From a virus (Duplodnaviria > Caudoviricetes), in the IMG/VR virus record IMGVR_UViG_3300008266_000068, positions 1 through 57,973 of that record: a stretch of 57,973 nucleotides of DNA. One strand, written 5' to 3'. Below the pieces are notes generated by a model. That model did no database searches and had not been told where the DNA came from. It saw only the letters and a list, made by a program, of their open reading frames with translations. Positions 20,142 to 29,898 of this stretch are shown piece by piece (position 1 is the stretch's first letter; each line of letters starts with the position of its first letter). Position numbers and translations under genes: made by a program.

Positions 20142-23100
20142 TTTTTAAAAACTGTTTTCTCGATATAAAAAATTTAAAAACTTCTGGATTAACTACGAAA
20201 TTTTTTCTAAATTCAGATTGATTAACTCGTGTTATTTCTCTAAATCCAATATTAACTTCTTGCGTTTCATATATTGGTTCTGGAATACTACTTTCGGAAA
20301 ATTTTAAATTAGTATCATCAACTGTTTGTCCTAAAAACATTGATACTTCTTCTTTTCTTCTTTTTACTAACCCCGGTAAAATAGTGGGATCGCCTTTTCT
20401 TGTTACTGCAGTTGTTGACCAAGTATAAATTAATTCATCTTTTGAAATTTCATTTTTAAGAAATTGCTTAACTTTTAACATGAAAAATTTAAAACTTTTT
20501 AAATTACCAGTAGTATATGTAAAATCAAATAACGCATCAAATTGATTTTGAGTAAGTTTTAAACCAAACGTGTTTGTATATTGAAAAACTGTATTACTTA
20601 TATCTATAAAATCTCTTTCACGTAATTTATCACCTTCTTCTTCAGTAATAGTTTTTGTTAATAAATATTCTTCACCAGGTTGAATTTGATGTCCCCATCC
20701 TATAGTATATAATTGTTTACCATTTTTTAATTTACCGTCAGTATACGCATTTGTAATAAATTTACCACCTTTACCAGCTTCCCATTTTTTTACTAATTTA
20801 TAAGCAGATTCAGATGCTTTAAAAACACCTATAAAACTATCAGGGGATAATATTTTACTTATACCTTGTAAATCTGAAATTAATAATTCACTATTAAATA
20901 AATCATAAGGTAATTTAGTTACTAATTCAACCAATGTTGTTGTAGATTGAATAGCTGGTGAAAACGATTGTTTTTCTTTTTTATAAAAATCATCTATTTC
21001 TTTTTGATTAGTTATAACAGTTCTTAATTCTGTAATTGGTTCAGTTACTTTTTCATACTTTAAATCATTATCTAAATTTAAAATATTGAAATAAGAATAC
21101 TTACTGTCAATTATATGTTTTTCAACCATACCTCTACTTACAGTTATTGAAGTAACTCTCGTCTGTTTATCATTATTAATACCCATTGATTGAGTAACAG
21201 CGTCGACATAAAATATTTCTCCTGTTGGAATATATCTTACAAAATTTCCTACCTTAATTCTTCTATCGCCTAAAATTTGTATTCTACCTTTTCGTGTAAA
21301 AGGTAAATAACAATGAGTTTCAACTAAAAATTTTAAATCAAGTAATGATTGTGTTTCTAATGCATTTAATACTAATCCAGAATCAGCAGTTATTTTAGTA
21401 CTAAATGGTATGTAATTATGTTGTACTTCATAAGATTTCGATCCATAAATTTCTGCAAATTCAGATAAATATACAGGAGGTACGTATAGTCTACTATATG
21501 ATGCACCTAATTGATTTGCTTTAGGTGTAAGGTGATACCATGAATAAGCTTCTGTTTCATCAGTTAACATATCACTAATTACAACTGATGAATCAATATC
21601 AATAATCAAATTAGTTTTTAATTGATAATCTTCTTTTAATTCATTATTAATTGAAGTATCTTTTATTTCAGATTTTGTTTTTACAACTCCATTTAAAAGC
21701 GCTTCATATGCTTTTTTATCGAACGGTGGTTTTCTTATTATAAAATAAAATGAATCACCATATGTATCTGAATAAAATTCAATAAATTCTTTTTGACAAA
21801 CTCCTTGTAAAAAATTTAATAAACTACCTGTAGCAGTAGAAAGCGTTGTATCAACTACTATTCTCTTATCTACATTTTCATCTGTTACTAAATTAAAAAT
21901 TTTCCAAATCCCTTTACTTAATTCTTTATCATTAAATTTTTCATTTCTTTTTAATTCAGAATCTATTATTTCACGATCAGGAGTAGAAAATGAAAGCTTC
22001 TTTATTTTCGATTCTTTATAAAAAGAAAATAATTCATCTGGACAAATTAGAATATTTGAAAGTTGTGAAATTACAAACTGAAAAACATCGACTATTGAGA
22101 GTTCTTGTTTATAAAGTGGCAATAACCCACCAAACATTCTACTTGTTAATACATTATCTTTTCCGCCTGACGCAATATATTCACTACCTTTAGATACTTC
22201 ATAAGGGAAAAAATATACTCCGTCTTCAATAAAAACTTTCATTAAATCTTCACCTTCTACTGAAATATTTACAGAACCATCTTCAGCAGAAGAAGATTCA
22301 GAAGTCGATCCAATTAATCCAATTAAGTCAAAAACTTCTCCCGCTAGTTCTGAGTTATCAATAAACATATTTTCAAAACCATCTTTTCTATTTTTTTCTA
22401 ATTGTAATTTTTCAAATTTTATATAAACAAGATCGTTTTGTTGCAATAAATCTTTAAACAAAAATTTTGTTTTTACAAACTGTTCTTTATCGTTTAATTT
22501 TACAACGGGTGTTCTTACTAACGTACTATCGTAAAATGTAGTTAATGAATCTCTATTTATTTCAATTTCATCATTACTATTTATAGTATAAGTTAATGGC
22601 GCTAATTTTAATTGAAAATTTCCACCATTTACAGCGTTTGAAATTGAGCATGAATAAATATAAGGCGAAACATCTAATAATTTATTAGGCATGTTTAATG
22701 CTCTACACCATATCCAAACCGATATCTGTGACATCTGCTGAATTAACCTACCATTTGGTGTATTATTTTGAAATATATTGGCTGATCTAACATATTCCTT
22801 ATTGTTTTCAAGTTCTACAAGTTTATCAGCTTTAAACCATGCTTCTGGTTGCGTAACAATATTTATTCCTTGAAACGCATAATTTAATATTTCAACTTTA
22901 TCTTTTGACGCTACTAATTCAACACCATATGGTAAATAAATTTCTTCAAATTTTCTTTTATTAAATAACTCAATATTTTTATTTTTTATATCAGAATTAA
23001 TTATAGCGTTCTGTATTCTTGAAAAATTATTACCTGAATCAGTTTCGTCTTTTTGATTTAAAAATTCTTCAGCGTTTTTAAATCTATTAAAAACAGGAGA

Positions 23101-23181
23101 ACGTTGAAATTTTAAAAACGCGTCTACAGTTTCAATTAATCTATTGTTATTTACAAAATAATATAATTTACTTATCGGCAT
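20134..23181 (-). CDS. Baseplate hub protein carrying a GH24 lysozyme domain
   Basis: GRIQILGDRRIKVG...FYVDAVTQ...TSITVSRG (hub). KKWEAG...AYTD...YTIGWGH...LTQNQFDALFDFTY...LPGLVKRRKEEVSMF (GH24). Confidence 0.8.
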   Translation of the reverse strand: MPISKLYYFVNNNRLIETVDAFLKFQRSPVFNRFKNAEEFLNQKDETDSGNNFSRIQNAIINSDIKNKNIELFNKRKFEEIYLPYGVELVASKDKVEILNYAFQGINIVTQPEAWFKADKLVELENNKEYVRSANIFQNNTPNGRLIQQMSQISVWIWCRALNMPNKLLDVSPYIYSCSISNAVNGGNFQLKLAPLTYTINSNDEIEINRDSLTTFYDSTLVRTPVVKLNDKEQFVKTKFLFKDLLQQNDLVYIKFEKLQLEKNRKDGFENMFIDNSELAGEVFDLIGLIGSTSESSSAEDGSVNISVEGEDLMKVFIEDGVYFFPYEVSKGSEYIASGGKDNVLTSRMFGGLLPLYKQELSIVDVFQFVISQLSNILICPDELFSFYKESKIKKLSFSTPDREIIDSELKRNEKFNDKELSKGIWKIFNLVTDENVDKRIVVDTTLSTATGSLLNFLQGVCQKEFIEFYSDTYGDSFYFIIRKPPFDKKAYEALLNGVVKTKSEIKDTSINNELKEDYQLKTNLIIDIDSSVVISDMLTDETEAYSWYHLTPKANQLGASYSRLYVPPVYLSEFAEIYGSKSYEVQHNYIPFSTKITADSGLVLNALETQSLLDLKFLVETHCYLPFTRKGRIQILGDRRIKVGNFVRYIPTGEIFYVDAVTQSMGINNDKQTRVTSITVSRGMVEKHIIDSKYSYFNILNLDNDLKYEKVTEPITELRTVITNQKEIDDFYKKEKQSFSPAIQSTTTLVELVTKLPYDLFNSELLISDLQGISKILSPDSFIGVFKASESAYKLVKKWEAGKGGKFITNAYTDGKLKNGKQLYTIGWGHQIQPGEEYLLTKTITEEEGDKLRERDFIDISNTVFQYTNTFGLKLTQNQFDALFDFTYTTGNLKSFKFFMLKVKQFLKNEISKDELIYTWSTTAVTRKGDPTILPGLVKRRKEEVSMFLGQTVDDTNLKFSESSIPEPIYETQEVNIGFREITRVNQSEFRKNFVVNPEVFKFFISRKQFLKND

Positions 23182-23191
23182 AATTAATTTA

Positions 23192-25174
23192 TTATTCGTG
23201 CGCTCCCCACTTTCTTACATCTCTCTGTATTTTTTGATAATCACCGTGGGGAGAAGCAAATATTCCTTTACGCGAAGGATTAATTATAGTATTATCGATA
23301 GACGAAACTGTTACATTTCCTTTACTATCAACAACTACTTTTATCGTACTTCTATTAAACACATCTTCTATCGCTGCTGACAAAGATTCAATTACAGCAG
23401 CAACACCTTCTTTAGCACCTATTGCAAAAGAATCTGTTATTTTTGCTAACGCTTTTTCAGGATTTGTTGTAAAATCACTCGCCTGTTGCATTACTTGATC
23501 TCGTGTTAAACCACCACCTGTTTTTAAAATATCTGCTATATCTCCGTTTTCATAAAGAATTTTATTTTTATTTTTATAAAGCTCCTTAATTGAATCAAAA
23601 GACATTTGACCGCCAAATCTGTTTCTTAAAGCAGTTAACATTGTACCTTCAGGTGCGTTTGAATATTCTTGCAATATACCTTTTAATAAATGTTTACTAA
23701 ATACACCTTTTGATTCTTCTTCATTTAACTGATCTAAACTTGCACCGGGCATAGCTTTTCTTAAAATTCTAAAGTTAATTACTTTAGCAATATCATCACC
23801 TGGGTTTGCAATTGAATCGTTTAATGTTTGAATATTTCCCATCGATCGTTGATCACGTAATCCCCATTGCCCACCAATTCTATTAAAATTTAAAAGTAAT
23901 CCAGCTACTAAAGGATCATTTCTTTCTGTTTGAATATTTCCTAATGTTTTTGTAAGCGACATAAATTGATTAAGAAAAGTAGTATAAAATGAAGTATCAC
24001 CACCTTTAAATAATCCTTTCACTTCACCTGCTTTCGCCAATCCAGTCATAGTTTTCATTACATCAGAATCTTTAGAATTTCCCATACGAGAAAGTTCTAC
24101 TAACTGAAGTATTTCTTCGCTACCAACTTGCATTGTTTTTACAAGTGCAGTGAGATCAGATGCGTTTAAAGAAGAATTAGCAAATCCTGAATGATGTGCT
24201 ATTGTAGTTTGTCCAGCTGTAAAATCTTGAAACGATAATCCCATCGCTTCGTTTTGTGCTCTATTTCCACCTGCTACGCCTGTAACGCCTAATCCAGTAA
24301 AAGCAGCATTTTTAAATATTTCACTTTGCCATCCAACTTGTGCGTCGTATGCTCTTTTTTGTTGTTCAGTTATTCCACCAAATAATTCACCACCTATCCA
24401 CGAACCTAAATTTGAACCAACACCTGCACCTATTACTGTTTGTCCACCAGCAAATGAACCTATTACTCCTCCAAGAATACCGCCTATGATTGCACCACTC
24501 ATTTTACCAGTTGCTTCTGCAGCAGGTACAAGTGCATCATAACCATCTCTTGAATTTAATGCACTTCTTGCACTACCTGCAAACGATTTTAAGTTTTCAA
24601 CACCTAAAACGGCATTAAACATATTTCTAAATGTGGCAGTATTTTTTGCTTGTTCAGGTGTTTCAGAAGATATTTGTTTTTGTGCTTCTCGTTTTTTTCT
24701 TTCTTCTTCAAGTACTTCACCCATTAATTCGTCAGTACTTGCTAGTGTTTGTTCCTTACCTTCTTTTAATGAACCTAATATTTCATGCAATATTGAAAAT
24801 AATGCCTTATCGTCTGACTCTAATCCCGCTTTAGTAGCGTTATAGGAAGTTTCACGACCAAGCAAATCTCTTTCCATTTGCATTCTTCGTCCACTACTTA
24901 ATCCACCGCCATTTAATTGCAGTTGTTTTTTAATACTATCTATTTCTAATTTATCTTGCGCAAGTGTTTGTTCGCGAATTTTATTTCTATCTCGCTGTTC
25001 TTGTTCAAACCTTTGTTTAATTAGATTTATTTGTTCACGAACTGATTGAGTTTGTTGCTGCGATGATTGGACACTTTCACGCGATATTTTTTTCGCCTCT
25101 TCTCTAACAAACCGCATGTAATCAAGTAAATTACCGCCAGCTTGAAAGTCAACTCTTTTTTGTTGATCAGACAT
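23192..25174 (-). CDS. Tail tape measure protein
   Basis: Helical, with a Gly/Ala-rich hydrophobic stretch (GAIIGGILGGVIGSFAGG); follows tube and two chaperone-like genes. Confidence 0.7.
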   Translation of the reverse strand: MSDQQKRVDFQAGGNLLDYMRFVREEAKKISRESVQSSQQQTQSVREQINLIKQRFEQEQRDRNKIREQTLAQDKLEIDSIKKQLQLNGGGLSSGRRMQMERDLLGRETSYNATKAGLESDDKALFSILHEILGSLKEGKEQTLASTDELMGEVLEEERKKREAQKQISSETPEQAKNTATFRNMFNAVLGVENLKSFAGSARSALNSRDGYDALVPAAEATGKMSGAIIGGILGGVIGSFAGGQTVIGAGVGSNLGSWIGGELFGGITEQQKRAYDAQVGWQSEIFKNAAFTGLGVTGVAGGNRAQNEAMGLSFQDFTAGQTTIAHHSGFANSSLNASDLTALVKTMQVGSEEILQLVELSRMGNSKDSDVMKTMTGLAKAGEVKGLFKGGDTSFYTTFLNQFMSLTKTLGNIQTERNDPLVAGLLLNFNRIGGQWGLRDQRSMGNIQTLNDSIANPGDDIAKVINFRILRKAMPGASLDQLNEEESKGVFSKHLLKGILQEYSNAPEGTMLTALRNRFGGQMSFDSIKELYKNKNKILYENGDIADILKTGGGLTRDQVMQQASDFTTNPEKALAKITDSFAIGAKEGVAAVIESLSAAIEDVFNRSTIKVVVDSKGNVTVSSIDNTIINPSRKGIFASPHGDYQKIQRDVRKWGAHE

Positions 25175-25473
25175 TATGTTTTTATTTTAAAGTTATCTAC
25201 TAACTTATCAAACAATTTTGATTCTTCTTCCGACGAAATTTCTTGATTTTTTAACCACTGTCCTTTTTCAAATTCTTTTATTCTTGAATTATTCATCAAC
25301 TCAAATTCAACTGTTTTATTGTATAACTTATCTTCCAAATATTCAAATAACATATCAACGCGATTTGTACGTCGATGAATTTCTGAATTAAATGCTATTT
25401 TATGTTTTTGTCGCCACCATCGATCTAAAGGTTGTTTTAAATTCCAATTAACTACAAAATCCTTTATGTTCAT
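25174..25473 (-). CDS. Putative tail assembly chaperone
   Basis: Located between tube and tape measure genes. Confidence 0.5.
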   Translation of the reverse strand: MNIKDFVVNWNLKQPLDRWWRQKHKIAFNSEIHRRTNRVDMLFEYLEDKLYNKTVEFELMNNSRIKEFEKGQWLKNQEISSEEESKLFDKLVDNFKIKT

Positions 25474-25493
25474 AAATACAGATTATTTTAAGA

Positions 25494-25889
25494 TCAATTT
25501 TCTTCTTCTGCTTTGTTAATTTCATTGATTGAATCGTTAATAACTTTCTGCCATTCCTTTAACCAAGGATGAACTTTTTTAAGATAAACCTGTAATATTT
25601 GTGCAGATTGTAATTGCGTCAATCTGTAAATAGAAGTAGTATTGATATCTTTTTCAAGTTGTGGAATAAGTATTGAAAAAGTGGCAATAGCATCAATTAA
25701 AAAAGAAGCTTTAATACTTTCTTCAGTTCCTCGCGCCATTAACCCGTCATTTCTTTCATTTGCAATTATTACCTTTTTTACTTCAATGTCGATAAACTGT
25801 CCTGTATCAGGATTTTTTAATGTATACTCGTTTTTAAGTATACTAATAACTAATTCTAACGATGGTAATTCTTTTTGTACTGTTTCCAT
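25494..25889 (-). CDS. Putative tail assembly chaperone
   Basis: Located directly after the tail tube gene. Confidence 0.55.
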   Translation of the reverse strand: METVQKELPSLELVISILKNEYTLKNPDTGQFIDIEVKKVIIANERNDGLMARGTEESIKASFLIDAIATFSILIPQLEKDINTTSIYRLTQLQSAQILQVYLKKVHPWLKEWQKVINDSINEINKAEEEN

Positions 25890-25934
25890 TTTATTTTTTG
25901 TTTTTATTTATATAAAAATAATTAAAATTTCACT

Positions 25935-25966
25935 AAAACTGCCTCTCATTTTTAAATAAGAGGCAG
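25935..25966 (-). terminator. Intrinsic terminator after tail tube gene
   Basis: CTGCCTCT-N12-AGAGGCAG stem followed by TTTT on the minus strand. Confidence 0.7.
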
Positions 25967-25986
25967 AACAAAAAATTTAAAATTTA

Positions 25987-26490
25987 TTAATCAATAAATA
26001 ATACAGCGTCGAGGTATTTAAACGACTGTCTGCGTGTTGAAACGTTGCCTTCATTTACGTCCATAGAATCATTATCAATTAACGCACGTTTAACAGTTGC
26101 TATCGGTTTTAATTTTGGTTTTATTTTGCCATCTGAACCAATTACATCTTTTACTTTTTTAAATAAATCAACCTGAACACCATCAACATCCAATATTAGT
26201 TGATCTTCAAATGATACACCGCCGGTTGCAACTTGCGACGCAACTGAAGTAAAATCTCTTCGTATAGCACCGGGAATACCAGAACGCTTTAAATCAATCA
26301 TCATAAAATCACACGTTAATGTACCATCCCATTCAGTTACTGCTTGTTCTGAAGGTAATACTGTTCCAATTCCACGAACAGGTATACGACGGAATGTTTC
26401 ATTGAGAGAAACTGTTCTCATTAAACCAACAACATCTCCTTTTACTTTTATAAGAGCTATTGCGCCAGTTAATACTTTGTCTTCTGCCAT
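25987..26490 (-). CDS. Tail tube protein
   Basis: 167 aa after sheath; IKVKGDVVG...PVRGIGTVLPSE...WDGTLTCD pattern of myovirus tubes. Confidence 0.8.
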   Translation of the reverse strand: MAEDKVLTGAIALIKVKGDVVGLMRTVSLNETFRRIPVRGIGTVLPSEQAVTEWDGTLTCDFMMIDLKRSGIPGAIRRDFTSVASQVATGGVSFEDQLILDVDGVQVDLFKKVKDVIGSDGKIKPKLKPIATVKRALIDNDSMDVNEGNVSTRRQSFKYLDAVLFID

Positions 26491-26520
26491 GATTATTAAA
26501 AATTAAAAAAGTTTTTACGA

Positions 26521-28164
26521 TTATTTATCAAGTAAAATACCTGTGATAATTATTTTATTTACAGGATAATTAGGAACAACAGAATACTGTACTTTGTAAG
26601 TATCTGATTCAACTGTTACTGTTATATCTCTATAATCAACAATTAAATTATCTTGCGTTGATCTTGCCATTTTTGAACTTAAAAATCCATCAACAAAATT
26701 TACTACGTCTTCAACTGATACTGTATTTCTGTTTGCACCGTAATCTTTTGAAAAGAAATCCAATTTAGCATTTATTGCCATTTCTTTATTTAACTGTGCT
26801 ATAATTCGCATTACCGCAACATCGTGTGATTGTGCATCTGAATTTACAAGGTATAAATTACTTTGCAATGTATTAACACCTTGACAAACAACAAAATTAT
26901 TTAATTCAGTATCTTTGTAAGTCATACAAATACCGTAATCCAACCCTTGTTCCAATTCTAACGGCGTTAGAGCATGAGATTCAGCGTCGATATCGATATC
27001 CTTAAATGTTACAGGTGTTTGCGGTTCCAACCCTGCTAATCGTCCTGTAATAGCCGCAGCTTTAAATAAAGTAGGATATGTTATTAATGATGCGTAACCA
27101 CGTTTTGCTTTTTTATGTTCACCATGTACAACAATAACTTTCGATGTATCAAAATCTGCAGCAAGTTTTCTGCTTGACGCAGCTGCTTGTACAAATTCTG
27201 TTTTATCTTTACCTCCACCAACAACCATAAATTTTTGGTATTTAGCATCAAACATAGATGCGAGGATTTTTAAATTATTTGTACCAGCACCATCTGTAAC
27301 GCCATATACGTCGCATAAAAAGAAAGTATGATCAACTTCTGTAATTGCAGCTAATATAGTATCAAGGTGAGTAGATGAATACGTTTCAGTCGCACCAGAA
27401 AATAATTTAATATTTGGATTTGCAACTACGTCGGCAGCTGTGATAGCTCCTGTTCCGACAACTGTTTTTGCAGTTAATTTAAAGAACTGTAAAAAATTGT
27501 AATCAGTTTCCATCCACAAATGCAATGCTGCAATATTGTTTAACGGTGGTGATTGACATAAAAGTGTTGCAACAGTTTTCGCTTGTGCTATTCCATCATA
27601 ATCAATTGAATTAGCGTCTGCACCACGATATGTACCTACAGAGAATTGGAATATAAATTTAGTATTATCATTTGGATCAGTTATAATTTTACTACCATAT
27701 CCTTTTGTTAATACTGATCCCGATAAAACACCATTAGCACCAAGTCCTTCATCTACAGTTGCAAGAACTGCAGTACCACCATCAGGACCTGCACCTGCTA
27801 AAGTCCACGTTGATGCTGCTCTTGTAGTAGCAGCTGCTTTTATCAGCATAACTTTCGATGCACCGGGTATATTAAATCTTTTTGAAGGCCTGAATAAAGG
27901 TTCAGCGATAGCCCATAAAATACCACCGCGGATAAAATTTTGCATTTCACTTACATCGTTAAAAACATATAACGAATCAAGTCCCGATTTATTTTGTCCT
28001 GATACTCCACTACCACCACCAAAAGTTGCACCACTTCCAGTATCTATAATAAGTACATTTCCGTATGAAAACTTTACAGGCGGGTTTTTAATTCCAGATT
28101 GTATATCTGTATAAACACCGGGCCTGCCGATTAACTTACCTTTTACATTAATTTTAGTAGACAT
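26521..28164 (-). CDS. Tail sheath protein
   Basis: N-terminal RPGVYT, GRLAGLEPQTPVTFK, QGVNTL and C-terminal PNYPVNKIIITG sheath motifs. Confidence 0.9.
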   Translation of the reverse strand: MSTKINVKGKLIGRPGVYTDIQSGIKNPPVKFSYGNVLIIDTGSGATFGGGSGVSGQNKSGLDSLYVFNDVSEMQNFIRGGILWAIAEPLFRPSKRFNIPGASKVMLIKAAATTRAASTWTLAGAGPDGGTAVLATVDEGLGANGVLSGSVLTKGYGSKIITDPNDNTKFIFQFSVGTYRGADANSIDYDGIAQAKTVATLLCQSPPLNNIAALHLWMETDYNFLQFFKLTAKTVVGTGAITAADVVANPNIKLFSGATETYSSTHLDTILAAITEVDHTFFLCDVYGVTDGAGTNNLKILASMFDAKYQKFMVVGGGKDKTEFVQAAASSRKLAADFDTSKVIVVHGEHKKAKRGYASLITYPTLFKAAAITGRLAGLEPQTPVTFKDIDIDAESHALTPLELEQGLDYGICMTYKDTELNNFVVCQGVNTLQSNLYLVNSDAQSHDVAVMRIIAQLNKEMAINAKLDFFSKDYGANRNTVSVEDVVNFVDGFLSSKMARSTQDNLIVDYRDITVTVESDTYKVQYSVVPNYPVNKIIITGILLDK

Positions 28165-28190
28165 TTAGTAATTGTTTTAATAACTTACAA

Positions 28191-28358
28191 TTAAAGATTT
28201 ATTTTTTGTGCTATTTCATCCCATTCAATTACTGTATGTAATTCTTCGGGAAACTGTTTAATTAAAGCAAAACGTTGGAAATTATTTAATCCCTTTAAAT
28301 CAGCATAAGACGATGAATTTAAAGTAGATTCTTCTTCTTTATTATTTTTTGCTGCCAT
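28191..28358 (-). CDS. Small hypothetical protein (55 aa, below ORF-track cutoff)
   Basis: Read manually: MAAKNNKEEESTLNSSSYADLKGLNNFQRFALIKQFPEELHTVIEWDEIAQKINL*; fills the gap before the sheath gene. Confidence 0.55.
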   Translation of the reverse strand: MAAKNNKEEESTLNSSSYADLKGLNNFQRFALIKQFPEELHTVIEWDEIAQKINL

Positions 28359-28398
28359 TTGCTTTTTTAATTTATGATAAAAATAAACAATTTTATAA

Positions 28399-29073
28399 TT
28401 ATTTATCTAAAATCTTATCTAATTCAATAATAAATTTTGTAATTACTGGATTTTGTGACAAATCTACAGAACTAAACATATATTCAAATGATAACTGTAT
28501 TACTCTTTTATATGTATTTGCAGGTAATTCACCTTGTTGTATTTGTAAATCTTGTCCACTTATTCTAAGGTTTTCAAAACCTATTAACGATAGATGAGGA
28601 AGAAGTGAAATAAAACCTGCGCGCATAATTTCATACATTAACGCAACTTCATTTGAATTATCGCTTATAATAACTAAATTTATTGCTGATGAAAATCTTC
28701 TCGTGTAAGTACTTTGAAAATCGTATGTATCTCCTGTTGCAATAAATTTCATTGGTTCATAACCTTCTCCTGAAGACATTGACATAGGTGAAGGTGAATC
28801 TGCAGCTAATGAAATATAAATAGAAGGACGTTTTTCTGACTTCATATTATACATATAATCTACAAATATTTTTCTTGGATCATCTTTTTTCTTATTAAAT
28901 ACAGATAACGCTTGAGTAAGAAAATTATAATTACCAATTATTTTTTGTTCACCTATTATTGTAGCGAGATATGTTTTTTCAGGCGTCGCTATATTTGCTA
29001 TAATATCTTCTTCAAGAAATTGTAAAAAAATATCTACAGCTTGTTTTAAAATTATTTCTTTTACAAAAATCAT
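28399..29073 (-). CDS. Putative tail terminator/completion protein
   Basis: Position upstream of sheath, as in Twort/A511-like gene order. Confidence 0.55.
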   Translation of the reverse strand: MIFVKEIILKQAVDIFLQFLEEDIIANIATPEKTYLATIIGEQKIIGNYNFLTQALSVFNKKKDDPRKIFVDYMYNMKSEKRPSIYISLAADSPSPMSMSSGEGYEPMKFIATGDTYDFQSTYTRRFSSAINLVIISDNSNEVALMYEIMRAGFISLLPHLSLIGFENLRISGQDLQIQQGELPANTYKRVIQLSFEYMFSSVDLSQNPVITKFIIELDKILDK

Positions 29074-29085
29074 AACAAAAGTTTT

Positions 29086-29889
29086 TTAACTAAATCCCAT
29101 TTGCGATAAAACAGTATCTACAGTTCTTTCTAAATTATTTTCCATATTTATATCCATACCATTTAAAGCATTTTGAAATAAATTATATGCTTTTATTCCA
29201 GGGTGAATAAAAGCACTTTGATCACTGTTTTCACTTACTCGTCTAAACGATTTATAAACGTTTTGATCTGTTGTTTCGTCTTTGTATTTTGATATTCCTT
29301 CATAAATATTTCCTTTATGGAAATATGCATCAAACCCGGGAATATTTTGACGCTTTGTTTGAACTTGATATTGCTTAGGAATTTCATCAACAGTTAATGA
29401 TGCAGTTTTAATACCACCACCAACAACAGGAATTGTAAAAGTTTTCTTTTTAACTATAGTATGAATTTCTTCTGGCATTTTAAAAGAAAAAACTTCGCTT
29501 TCACCAACAGAACCTGACGCTGCCCATCTAAAAGGTATTGTTAAATACTTATTTCCTTTTTTATCAGTTTTCACTTTTGGTGATGCTAAAAATCCAGTCT
29601 TCATATCAAATGAAGATGCACCTTCTTCTATCATAGCAACTAATGGATCTTTTAAACTTAACACAACAGATGCGTGTCCGGGTGCTTCAGAAAAAGTTTG
29701 AATAGCTCTTAAATATCTATTACGAGTTGATTTTAAATTTTGTTGCGCTTCATTTTGTAATTGATTAGCAAACTCTGCAGCAACACTTGATACAACTGAC
29801 TGTAAAAATTGATTAGACTGTTCTTCAGAAAAAGAAAATTCTTTTTCTAATTCACTTAAATCTATTTGAATAGGAATTGAAACTGTCAT
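29086..29889 (-). CDS. Putative neck/head-tail joining protein
   Basis: MIEEGASSFDMK...YLTIPFR...FRRVSENSDQSAFIHPG, resembling Herelleviridae-type neck proteins. Confidence 0.65.
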   Translation of the reverse strand: MTVSIPIQIDLSELEKEFSFSEEQSNQFLQSVVSSVAAEFANQLQNEAQQNLKSTRNRYLRAIQTFSEAPGHASVVLSLKDPLVAMIEEGASSFDMKTGFLASPKVKTDKKGNKYLTIPFRWAASGSVGESEVFSFKMPEEIHTIVKKKTFTIPVVGGGIKTASLTVDEIPKQYQVQTKRQNIPGFDAYFHKGNIYEGISKYKDETTDQNVYKSFRRVSENSDQSAFIHPGIKAYNLFQNALNGMDINMENNLERTVDTVLSQMGFS

Positions 29890-29898
29890 ATAGCAAAA

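Noticed and set aside
25174-25889. Programmed frameshift joining the two tail chaperone genes
   Set aside because: An in-frame TAA (25485-25483) lies four codons upstream of the second ATG and downstream of the first gene's stop, so the frames cannot be joined.
9467-29889. Bacterial contractile injection system or tailocin
   Set aside because: Capsid, prohead protease, MuF and replication genes are contiguous with the tail genes, indicating a complete phage.
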